Shown one piece after another: positions 1 to 6,709 of a stretch of DNA of 29,410 bases. Where the stretch lies: positions 1-29,410 of the IMG/VR virus record IMGVR_UViG_3300045988_055400. One strand, written 5' to 3'. Under the pieces are notes generated by a model. The model saw only the letters and a program-made list of their open reading frames with translations, was not told the DNA's origin and did not search any database. Positions within the stretch are counted from its first letter, which is position 1. The number at the start of each line of letters is the position of its first letter. Source of the DNA: a virus. A program made the translations under genes and the position numbers.

Positions 1-55
1 AGTTCTGTCATGTAATTAAGTCTAGCGTAGGGTGTTTTGATATGCTAAGTAGTAT
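1..55. repeat. Terminal direct repeat, copy 1 (identical to 29356-29410); circular-contig overlap
   Basis: Direct comparison: the first 55 nt equal the last 55 nt with no mismatch. Confidence 0.97.
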
Positions 56-203
56 GAGTCGTGAGTTTATTGAGAATGTCGTTCTCATTCTTTTGTCGTC
101 GTTCCTTATTGGCGTCATGGTGGTGGGCGGTTATCTGCTTATCACTGGGCTTCCGGCTTTCGTTCGTTTTCTTTTTATCATTTGGTATGTTTTGATTGTT
201 TGA
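42..203 (+). CDS. Small two-helix membrane protein directly upstream of the endolysin (holin/antiholin-like candidate), 53 aa
   Basis: Hand translation of an ORF below the track cutoff: MLSSMSREFIENVVLILLSSFLIGVMVVGGYLLITGLPAFVRFLFIIWYVLIV. It has two hydrophobic helices. The TGA stop at 201-203 lies on the endolysin RBS. An alternative start is ATG 54. Confidence 0.5.
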   Translation: MLSSMSREFIENVVLILLSSFLIGVMVVGGYLLITGLPAFVRFLFIIWYVLIV

Positions 204-217
204 AAGGAAGTTTTATA

Positions 218-1060
218 GTGTCTTACGAGAACATTACCCGGTATGATAGTCCGAATTATACGAGCGGTCGCCCGTATGGTATCAAATTCATCGTGATTCA
301 TTGGTGGGGTGATCCGAGCACTCATCCGACGTTCGAGGGCGTCATTAAGACTTTGTGCAGTCCGGCTCGTGGTGCTTCCGCGCATTATGTGGCTGAGGCG
401 GGCCGTGTGGCGTGCATCGTGGATCCTGATGATCGTGCGTGGAATGCCGGGGATGGTATCGGCGTCCGTTCCAAGGGTAATGATATGGGTATCGGCATTG
501 AGTGTAATCCCCGTCAGTCGGATGGTGATTATGAGACGATCGCTGAGCTTATTCGTGATCTGCGGGTGGAGTATGGAGACTTGCCGTTGATTCGTCATCG
601 TGATTGTTCTGCGACGCAGTGTCCTGGCTCGTATGATCTGGATCGTTTGGATCGTTTGGCCCGTGGTTTGGTGGCTCCATCGAATCCGGTGCCTGTGCAG
701 CCGGCTACGCAGTCGGTTATGAAGCTTGAAGTGGATGGGTCTTGGGGTCCTTTGACGATGCGGAGGGCTCAGGAAGTTGCCGGCACGACCGTGGATGGTG
801 TCATGTCCGGTCAGATCAGGTGTGTCGAGAATCGGAATATCGCTTGTCTTGAGGAGGGTACTTCGGGTAGCGATTGGGTTGAGTGGATGTCTCGTCGGTT
901 CGGTATTACGGATCGGCCGCGCAATGCGGGTCCTGAGTTCATTCATAGGTTCTTGATGGAGATGAACGGTTTTCCGGGCGATGGGATGATCAGTCCTGCC
1001 CCTAGTATGGCTGTGAAGGAATTTCAGAAGCGTCTTAATGACGGTATTATCTTTAAGTGA
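218..1060 (+). CDS. Endolysin: N-acetylmuramoyl-L-alanine amidase (Amidase_2/PGRP-like) with C-terminal wall-binding-like repeats
   Basis: Amidase-type motifs IVIHWWG, AHYVAEAG, DRAWNAGDG, GIECN and HRD..TQCPG. The C-terminal half has paired VDGSWGP.../PGDGMISP... segments. GTG 218 follows AAAGGAAG by 7 nt. The ORF is open from TTG 182. Confidence 0.9.
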   Translation: MSYENITRYDSPNYTSGRPYGIKFIVIHWWGDPSTHPTFEGVIKTLCSPARGASAHYVAEAGRVACIVDPDDRAWNAGDGIGVRSKGNDMGIGIECNPRQSDGDYETIAELIRDLRVEYGDLPLIRHRDCSATQCPGSYDLDRLDRLARGLVAPSNPVPVQPATQSVMKLEVDGSWGPLTMRRAQEVAGTTVDGVMSGQIRCVENRNIACLEEGTSGSDWVEWMSRRFGITDRPRNAGPEFIHRFLMEMNGFPGDGMISPAPSMAVKEFQKRLNDGIIFK

Positions 1061-1079
1061 TTGAAAGGATTGGTTGTTT

Positions 1080-1379
1080 ATGGCTAAGCATGTGATGTTG
1101 TCTGATGACGCGTTGTCTGGCGAACCGACTTCGGAGACCATGATCACGAATGAGTGCGCGGATGGTTCGGATGATTATGTGCCTGCGTTCAACGCCGATA
1201 CGCGTCGTTGGGCGTATTTGCTGTCCGGTTTGTTGGGTATTGCCGGTGCGGTGGCTAGTTTGGTGAGTGCCGTTCCTGGTGTTCCATCGTGGGTTGCCGT
1301 TGCCGGTGGTGCTTGTGCGCTGGTTGGTTCCGGTGTAGCTAGCTTGTTCGGCGTGCATTATGCTGGTGTGAGCCGTTAG
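1080..1379 (+). CDS. Holin-like membrane protein (two Gly/Ala-rich TM helices in the C-terminal half)
   Basis: Position immediately after the endolysin. Hydrophobic segments WAYLLSGLLGIAGAVASLVSAV and WVAVAGGACALVGSGVASLF. ATG 1080 is chosen; TTG 1074 is also possible. Confidence 0.6.
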   Translation: MAKHVMLSDDALSGEPTSETMITNECADGSDDYVPAFNADTRRWAYLLSGLLGIAGAVASLVSAVPGVPSWVAVAGGACALVGSGVASLFGVHYAGVSR

Positions 1380-1395
1380 TCGACTTTAGTATATG

Positions 1396-1440
1396 AAACG
1401 CCCCGCGTTTGGGCTTGTTCGGCCGTCAGCGGGGCGTTTT
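1396..1440. terminator. Hairpin terminator between convergent genes
   Basis: AAACGCCCCGC (1396-1406) pairs with GCGGGGCGTTT (1429-1439). An A-run lies before it and a T-run after, so it could act on either strand. The loop is long (~22 nt). Confidence 0.6.
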
Positions 1441-1455
1441 CGCATGTTTTGGGGG

Positions 1456-1725
1456 TTACCTCCAGTAGAAGAAGTGCAGTGTGATCGGTGCTGTCATGGT
1501 GAAGTCGTATCCGATGCCATTGTCGATTTCGTGGACTGGTGTGGTTTCGACTTCTTCGATGCCGTTCAATAGGCCGCGGAGGGTGATGAACGCGTCGTAG
1601 TCTTTGATGCCGATCCGACCGTAAGTGATTTCCGGGTCGAGTCCGTCCTCGTCGAGGATGGTGCCTATTTTCGGCTGGTGCATGATGAGGCTGATGATGG
1701 TGGTGAGGTATTTGACGGTTTCCAT
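1456..1725 (-). CDS. Hypothetical acidic protein, 89 aa, single-gene unit
   Basis: ORF with RBS AAGGAG 6 nt upstream of the ATG. It has its own promoter cassette (1773-1812) and a terminator (1396-1440). Confidence 0.75.
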   Translation of the reverse strand: METVKYLTTIISLIMHQPKIGTILDEDGLDPEITYGRIGIKDYDAFITLRGLLNGIEEVETTPVHEIDNGIGYDFTMTAPITLHFFYWR

Positions 1726-1772
1726 TTATGGCTCCTTTTTATGTTGTGGCAGGATCCCCGCCTGACGTTTTT

Positions 1773-1812
1773 ACTATATCATAAGCGGCGTGCCACACCG
1801 GTGCGACACGCC
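1773..1812 (-). promoter_or_regulatory. Hairpin plus extended -10 cassette (minus strand: GGCGTGTCGC-ACCGGT-GTGGCACGCC, 5 nt, TGATATAGT)
   Basis: Read on the minus strand. The stem is 10 bp with two G-U pairs that only form in a minus-sense RNA. A TGnTAnnnT box follows at 1773-1781. Confidence 0.55.
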
Positions 1813-1825
1813 GTAGGGAAGGGGA

Positions 1826-2164
1826 TTAGTCAGGGAAGATGTTTGGGTTGAGCTCGGCATTGATCAACTGCCTGTACTTCTTGAGCGGGTGTCTCAATCC
1901 GTTTTCCCACATCTCGATGATGGTTTTACTGGACACGTGGAGTCTTTCGGCGAGGCCGGCCTGTGTGTACCCGTAACGGTTTCTCCAATATTTGAGCCGC
2001 TGCATGCTGGGGACCTGCGCTTCGATAATACGGTAGGCGACCGGAGAGTGACTGCCGTCGTGTCGGATGGTGTAGAAGAGCCCCGTGTAGGCGTTCTGGT
2101 GTATTGTGATTCTCTTACCTCCGATGATGGCGGAGAACGGTTTCGTTGCCATGGTGTTTTTCAT
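1826..2164 (-). CDS. XRE-family HTH transcriptional regulator with an N-terminal extension
   Basis: C-terminal HTH segment LKYWRNRYGYTQAGLAERLHVSSKTIIEMWENG. ATGA start/stop overlap with the upstream gene. Confidence 0.8.
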   Translation of the reverse strand: MKNTMATKPFSAIIGGKRITIHQNAYTGLFYTIRHDGSHSPVAYRIIEAQVPSMQRLKYWRNRYGYTQAGLAERLHVSSKTIIEMWENGLRHPLKKYRQLINAELNPNIFPD

Positions 2165-2448
2165 TTCCTTTCAATTGATGTGGTGGGGTCGAGGAGTTCT
2201 TGGACGAGGTCTTTGCCTTTTTTGGAGAGCTGCCATCGCCAGCATGGGCGGCCGTGGCTGCTGACGCCGTTTCTGTCGACACGGTGGACGTATCCGCCCC
2301 GTTCGAGTTCAACCATGCGGCTTCTTAGGCTTTGTGGCGTGTCGTGACAGCCCAGTTTTGGGGCTATCGCGGTCAGGTGTTCTTGGGTGGTCGGCTCCTC
2401 GATTAGGTGGAGGAGGATGATCACGTGGCGTTGTGGAATGCCGTACAT
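2161..2448 (-). CDS. Winged-helix (MarR/ArsR-like) DNA-binding protein, 95 aa
   Basis: Sequence MYGIPQRHVIILLHLIEEPTTQEHLTAIAPKLG...SLRSRMVELERGGYVHRV fits a wHTH pattern. The start at 2448 overlaps the upstream stop (TAATG). Confidence 0.65.
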   Translation of the reverse strand: MYGIPQRHVIILLHLIEEPTTQEHLTAIAPKLGCHDTPQSLRSRMVELERGGYVHRVDRNGVSSHGRPCWRWQLSKKGKDLVQELLDPTTSIERK

Positions 2449-2783
2449 TAGATCCTGCTTTCTGCTTGATGCCTGTAATATGCGGCGATGCTTGTCGCTG
2501 TGGCCAGTCCGATTAGCCATTTGAGGCCGAAACGAATGCGAAACGCTTTCGCGCTTGCAGTCCATGCCGGCAGGCTCATGTATAAACTGAGGCACCATCC
2601 ACAGTAGGCGAGTTCTCCGAAGCTGGATACCAGGTCGTTGGCTTGGTTTTCGGTTTTGGCTGTGAGTCGCTTTCTGAGTTTACTGAAGGCGTATGCGGGT
2701 CCTGGTGAGAGTTGAGTCGTTGTGACGGCGTATCCGGCCGTGAGTCCGGCTGTGATGACTGCGGTCCACCATTCCGTTTTCAT
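2448..2783 (-). CDS. Membrane protein, DUF1360-like (CxWC motif), 111 aa
   Basis: MKTEWWTAVITAGLTAGYAV..., then ELAYCGWCLSLYMSLPAW and a third hydrophobic helix. RBS AAAGGAG. ATGA overlap with the upstream gene. Confidence 0.65.
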   Translation of the reverse strand: MKTEWWTAVITAGLTAGYAVTTTQLSPGPAYAFSKLRKRLTAKTENQANDLVSSFGELAYCGWCLSLYMSLPAWTASAKAFRIRFGLKWLIGLATATSIAAYYRHQAESRI

Positions 2784-3058
2784 TGTTGGCTCCTTTCGGT
2801 TATGTCCTGTGGGTCGTATCGGATGATGCCGTCCGTGAGGATCATTGGATATTCGACGTGTTGTCCTTGGTTTTGGGCGATGAGTCTCATCAGTGTGGCC
2901 GTTTGGCTGCCTGATGGTATGACGTGTAGTCGTCGTCGTGTTTTTTGTGCTTGCGTCCGGCATTTGTCGAGGTGTTTCAAGCTTTCCGGATGGCAGGTGG
3001 GGCATCCATCGAAGAGCATGTAGATGTCTTCGCTTTGGAGGAGGCTGTCGATGGTCAT
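2780..3058 (-). CDS. Glutaredoxin/NrdH-like thioredoxin-fold protein (CPTC)
   Basis: IYMLFDGCPTCHPESLKHLDK followed by VEYPMILTDGIIRYDP resembles a beta-CxxC-alpha ... TVP-x-fold layout. ATGA overlap at both ends. Confidence 0.5.
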   Translation of the reverse strand: MTIDSLLQSEDIYMLFDGCPTCHPESLKHLDKCRTQAQKTRRRLHVIPSGSQTATLMRLIAQNQGQHVEYPMILTDGIIRYDPQDITERSQQ

Positions 3059-3960
3059 TGAAATGTCGCTCCTGTTGCTTCGGTGATGATGTCGATGATG
3101 TGGAGTGTGTTGAGTTGTTTGCGTTTGTGGTCGGCGATGAGTGGTTGGATGTCCTTTCGGTGGATTGGGATGATTTGGTGTCGGGCGTCACCGTAGACGC
3201 GTGGGTCGTACATGCTGAAGTAGAGCGTTTCGAGCGTGTCGCAGACCACGAAGTATTGGAGGGCTTGTGTTCGGTACATGTCGGGGATGAAGTCCATTCC
3301 AGTGGCGTTAAGGCTTGTGGTTTCCGTTGGGAGTACTTGCGCGGCTACTTCGTGCAGCGGTGTCGGGATGGAGTGTTGGCGGATGTACTGTGAGTGGATC
3401 ATCCATGGGATAACGGTTTGGAGGTGGTAGGCGCTGCCGAGGCTTTTGCATTCGATGGCCCATGTCGGGTTGTCTGAGGCTTGGTAGGCGTCTGGACTGC
3501 AGGCGAGTCGGGCGTCTTCATCGTTTTCCCAGATGCCGCAGTCCGTGATGCAGTCTTCGGGATTGTAGCCTAGTTGTTGGAGGGTTAGGGCGATGTTTTC
3601 TGATTCGAGTCTGTGTCCGCGTTTCATCGGGTTTTCGTCGTCGGGTTGTTCGGCCATGGTTTCGGCTAGGAATTTCCAGAAGTCGATGTTGACTTTTAGG
3701 TGCTTGTTTTTTGCGTCGGCTTCGATAATTCGTGTGTCGTAGTCTTGTGCTTTTCGGAAGTATTCGTCGGCTTTGGCTTTGGTTTTTGCGGTTTTTGACT
3801 GTTCGAGTGCTTTGTTTCGGTATTCGGTGAGTTTTTTGATGTCGGTTTGTGGATAGCGGCTCATGGCTAGACTGCCGCTTTTGGTGCCGGTGATACGGCC
3901 GATGCGTTCGTTGAGCCATGCGTCGGTGTCGTTTGCTTGTGAGAGGTTGATGATTTTCAT
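3055..3960 (-). CDS. YqaJ/lambda-Exo-type recombination exonuclease
   Basis: N-terminal WLNERIGRITGTKSGSL, G..E, and SPDA...ECKS PD-(D/E)xK-like motifs. It is paired with the ERF gene upstream. Confidence 0.8.
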   Translation of the reverse strand: MKIINLSQANDTDAWLNERIGRITGTKSGSLAMSRYPQTDIKKLTEYRNKALEQSKTAKTKAKADEYFRKAQDYDTRIIEADAKNKHLKVNIDFWKFLAETMAEQPDDENPMKRGHRLESENIALTLQQLGYNPEDCITDCGIWENDEDARLACSPDAYQASDNPTWAIECKSLGSAYHLQTVIPWMIHSQYIRQHSIPTPLHEVAAQVLPTETTSLNATGMDFIPDMYRTQALQYFVVCDTLETLYFSMYDPRVYGDARHQIIPIHRKDIQPLIADHKRKQLNTLHIIDIITEATGATFQ

Positions 3961-3987
3961 TGTCTTCCTTTCTTAGTTGATATCCTT

Positions 3988-4030
3988 ACTATATCATCTG
4001 GTAAGGTAGAGGGTGCATGCCGGCGTGTCG
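3988..4030 (-). promoter_or_regulatory. Extended -10 (TGATATAGT, 3988-3996) with an upstream CGACACGCCGGCA motif (4018-4030 on the minus strand)
   Basis: Same -10 box as at 1773-1781, and a member of the motif family. Confidence 0.5.
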
Positions 4031-4068
4031 TTTCCTCCGTTTCTTCATTTGTGTCCCAGATATGATAA

Positions 4069-4094
4069 AGCCCCGGCGTGTGTGCGCCGGGGCT
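4069..4094 (-). terminator. GC-rich hairpin after the ERF gene
   Basis: AGCCCCGGCG / CGCCGGGGCT form a 10-bp perfect stem with a 6-nt loop. On the minus strand it is followed by UUAUCAUAU. Confidence 0.6.
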
Positions 4095-4101
4095 ATCCTT
4101 A

Positions 4102-4695
4102 TCATATTCTATTGATGGCGTCCATGAGTTTCGTCATGTCGGATTGGGTGATGCCTTTCCAACCTTTGACTGACCGGTTGAGTGTACCGCTGATGAATTC
4201 GCCTCGTGCCTCCGCTGGAACGGCGTGTGCGTCCATGGCTTTGACGAGCGTGGCGTACTGGCCTGCTCCGATTGGCTTGTCGGCGGTTTTGTATTGCTGT
4301 TGTGCGTATGCTCCGTCGTCATCCTTATCCGGGAAGATGCCGAGGATGGTAGTGAGGCTGTAGCGACGTGCGTAGGTGATGGCGCTGCCGACTTGCTGAG
4401 GGTCGCCGGTAACGAAGAACGGGTATTCGCAGACCGTCATCTGATCAGTGTCGTCGAAGATGATGGTTTCGATGGTGCCGAGGATTTGTCTTCCGTCTCC
4501 TCCGGGTGTGTAGGTGACTTTTTGGGTGAATGCGAGTCCGTGCTTTGCGAAGACGGGTTTGATGGTCTTGAGCAGGGTGGCGAGGTTGAGGTACTTGTAG
4601 GTGCGGTTGCCGGCTTGTGCGGTTTCGTCGGTGCTGAAGTTTGGTACTTCGTTGAGGACTTTAGCGAATTTCTTATTGAGGCTGTCGTTTTCCAT
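4102..4695 (-). CDS. ERF-family single-strand annealing protein
   Basis: YKYLNLATLLKTIKPVFAKHGLAF and GSAITYARRYSL match the ERF pattern. It is adjacent to the exonuclease. Confidence 0.8.
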   Translation of the reverse strand: MENDSLNKKFAKVLNEVPNFSTDETAQAGNRTYKYLNLATLLKTIKPVFAKHGLAFTQKVTYTPGGDGRQILGTIETIIFDDTDQMTVCEYPFFVTGDPQQVGSAITYARRYSLTTILGIFPDKDDDGAYAQQQYKTADKPIGAGQYATLVKAMDAHAVPAEARGEFISGTLNRSVKGWKGITQSDMTKLMDAINRI

Positions 4696-4722
4696 TTATG
4701 GCTCCTTTTGTCGGGTCGGTGG

Positions 4723-5079
4723 TCAGTGCTTATAGATGGGGCAGACGATGGTCTGTGGCTCGTTTTCGGTGACGTTGTTGTAGATGGTTTCGAGTGTTTC
4801 CATTCCGCCTAGGTTGTAGGCCTGCGTGTAGAAGTCGATGCGTTCCGGATTATTTTTGGCGAGCGTGTAGAGGTAGCAGGCCCATTCCGCACCGTCGTGG
4901 TCCCATTCGTAGTCTTCGAAGGTTTGCGCGTAGTCGTCGAGTGTAACGTATTTGTGGTCGCCGACGTGGTAGATGATGCCTTTGGGCATGACGTCGGTGG
5001 TGTAGTGGCTTTTTTGGTCGAGGCGTACGTCGATGTCGTGCATCATGGCTTTGGCTTCGTTGGTGGTGACGTGGTTCAT
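4723..5079 (-). CDS. Hypothetical acidic protein, 118 aa
   Basis: ORF with RBS AAAGGAA. First gene after promoter cassette 5125-5164. Confidence 0.75.
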   Translation of the reverse strand: MNHVTTNEAKAMMHDIDVRLDQKSHYTTDVMPKGIIYHVGDHKYVTLDDYAQTFEDYEWDHDGAEWACYLYTLAKNNPERIDFYTQAYNLGGMETLETIYNNVTENEPQTIVCPIYKH

Positions 5080-5124
5080 TGGTTGTTCCTTTTGTGTTCG
5101 TCAAGCTCTTTGCTTGATATGTTC

Positions 5125-5164
5125 AATATATCATAAAAAGCGTGCCACGTTAACGCGACACGCT
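5125..5164 (-). promoter_or_regulatory. Hairpin plus extended -10 cassette (minus strand: AGCGTGTCGC-GTTAAC-GTGGCACGCT, 5 nt, TGATATATT)
   Basis: Same architecture and spacing as 1773-1812. The closing pair changes from G-C to A-T on both arms. Confidence 0.55.
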
Positions 5165-5228
5165 ACAATTCGTAGATTTTCCTGTGCTCACCGTCTCCTG
5201 TAAGACATGAGGATCGTGAGTGCGAGCA

Positions 5229-5399
5229 TCAGGGACACAATCCACACATCAGACGTTCCCGTGCCACTTTCTCCTTGTGTTCTTTGATGACGGCTTCGAT
5301 CTCCTGCCTACAGTATTGCGGGATGATCGGGGCGAATTCGTCGACGGTTAGGCCGGCCTCATACCATCTGATGATCTGCATCTTCGTTTCTTTCTTCAT
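5229..5399 (-). CDS. Small HTH-like protein, 56 aa
   Basis: Hand translation: MKKETKMQIIRWYEAGLTVDEFAPIIPQYCRQEIEAVIKEHKEKVARERLMCGLCP. RBS GGAGGG. ATGA overlap with the upstream ORF. Confidence 0.6.
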   Translation of the reverse strand: MKKETKMQIIRWYEAGLTVDEFAPIIPQYCRQEIEAVIKEHKEKVARERLMCGLCP

Positions 5400-5572
5400 T
5401 TGTCCCTCCTTGTCGGCGTGATATATCTGACGCAGTCGTCGTGGATCTTCCTGACCTGATCCTCGTCCATGGAGAGGATTTCGGCGGTCTTTTCGACCGA
5501 TTGATTGAGGTCGAAAAGGTAGTGTTCCGCTATGACGACTTCGATCTGGACGTCGTGAAGCTTGCGTGTCAT
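5396..5572 (-). CDS. Small HTH-like protein, 58 aa
   Basis: Hand translation: MTRKLHDVQIEVVIAEHYLFDLNQSVEKTAEILSMDEDQVRKIHDDCVRYITPTRRDK. RBS GGAGGAAAG. ATGA overlaps at both ends. Confidence 0.6.
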   Translation of the reverse strand: MTRKLHDVQIEVVIAEHYLFDLNQSVEKTAEILSMDEDQVRKIHDDCVRYITPTRRDK

Positions 5573-5922
5573 TTGCTTTCCTCCTCTATCATTCGATCCA
5601 AGGCCTTGATGACGGCATGCCAGTCGCTGTTACGGATGCCATGCCATGCGATACGTTCCAAACCGTCGGTTGATTGTGCCAGTCTATGCAGGATGACCCC
5701 GCATGTGCTTGCCGTGTACGTTAGTTCGTGTCTTATGGCTGCGAGTCGTGCGTACCATCGTGCTTTCTTCAGGTCTTCGATTGGTTGTCCTTTTGACTTG
5801 TGTCGCCACAAGTATTTGATGACGTTCCCAGTGCTGAAGCATTGGTATTTGGCGAGGACGATGCATTCGTAGCCGATGTTGCGGTGATTGTAATGGGTTG
5901 GATGGTTGACGGTGTTTTTCAT
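5569..5922 (-). CDS. DUF3310-family protein, 117 aa
   Basis: The segments HPTHYN, ECI, FSTGNVIKYLWRHKSKG and IEDLKKARWY fit the DUF3310 pattern. RBS AAAGGAA. The track ORF (5569..6201) extends upstream of the real start. Confidence 0.75.
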   Translation of the reverse strand: MKNTVNHPTHYNHRNIGYECIVLAKYQCFSTGNVIKYLWRHKSKGQPIEDLKKARWYARLAAIRHELTYTASTCGVILHRLAQSTDGLERIAWHGIRNSDWHAVIKALDRMIEEESK

Positions 5923-6371
5923 GCTTGTTCCTTTCGGGTGGATTCGGTTTCCAGTTTCTTGGCTTTGGCTTTGGCCCGGCGTATGCGGGCCCGTTCCCTC
6001 TGTTTCCTGACGTATTCGGCTTTCTGCTCCGGGGTCATGGCGTGGTAGCGTTCTCGTTGTCTGGCGAGCATCGCTTCCCTCCATTCGGGGTCGGAGTGGT
6101 AGCGTTCTCGAGCGGTTTCGCGCTTCTTTTTCATGATCTTTGGGTTGCTGTGGTATTCTTTTTGTTTTTCTGCGTAGTGTTCGGCGTGTGACTCTCTCCA
6201 TTTGCGGTTCGCTTCAGCTCGTTCTTCCTTGTGTCGGCGGTAGTACTTCCAGTTGCTGATTTTGCGCCGTTCGTCCGCTGTTGGTTGACTGTTGCGCATT
6301 TCATTTATCCAGGCCATCGTGTCATCGTCATCGAGGTTGATGATGATTGGCTCTTTTTTCTTGCGGCTCAT
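5919..6371 (-). CDS. Highly basic Arg/Lys/Glu-rich repeat protein, 150 aa
   Basis: Repeated RxxY(H/Y)...P(E/K) units: NWKYYRRHKEE, EHYAEKQKEYHSNP, RERYHSDPEW and RERYHAMTPEQ. ATGA overlap with the downstream gene. Confidence 0.65.
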   Translation of the reverse strand: MSRKKKEPIIINLDDDDTMAWINEMRNSQPTADERRKISNWKYYRRHKEERAEANRKWRESHAEHYAEKQKEYHSNPKIMKKKRETARERYHSDPEWREAMLARQRERYHAMTPEQKAEYVRKQRERARIRRAKAKAKKLETESTRKEQA

Positions 6372-6384
6372 TGTTTTTTTCTTT

Positions 6385-6678
6385 TCAGAAGTAGATTGCG
6401 ATGAGGTTGGCGAGGTCTTCCGGGGATGTGAGGTCCGTGACGGCCTTGTCGAACAGGGTGCTGGTTGCAATGGTGTTGCCTGCCTTGTCGTATAGGATCA
6501 TGTCGATGAGATTTCCCTCGACTGGTGTGACCCACAGTTTCTTGCCTGAGTTGCGTTCGGTGATTTCAAATGAGGTCCCGTAGTCGTTGAGGTCGATTGT
6601 TTTTGCCGTGTAGTTGTTTCCGGAGGCGTTTAGCCTGTCAAGGATTTCGAGGGCGATGGTGTTTGGTTCGATGGTCAT
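6385..6678 (-). CDS. Hypothetical protein, 97 aa
   Basis: ORF with RBS AAAGGAC. Confidence 0.7.
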   Translation of the reverse strand: MTIEPNTIALEILDRLNASGNNYTAKTIDLNDYGTSFEITERNSGKKLWVTPVEGNLIDMILYDKAGNTIATSTLFDKAVTDLTSPEDLANLIAIYF

Positions 6679-6709
6679 TTGTGGTCCTTTTGTTTTGTTT
6701 GGCGGATTG

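Noticed and set aside
131-1147. 338-aa minus-strand ORF antisense to the endolysin
   Set aside because: It is Arg/Thr/His/Pro-rich and low in complexity, has no RBS, and fully overlaps a gene with clear amidase motifs. Strong strand asymmetry (coding strands are A/C-rich) generates long spurious antisense ORFs throughout the genome.
2784-3191. Upstream extension of the 2448..3191 minus-strand ORF, and likewise the upstream parts of 5569..6201, 5919..6470, 6710..7081, 8056..8853 and 12039..12449
   Set aside because: The extensions are Pro/Thr/Arg/His-rich and overlap neighbouring genes. Internal ATGs with good RBS and ATGA coupling give the sensible gene models.
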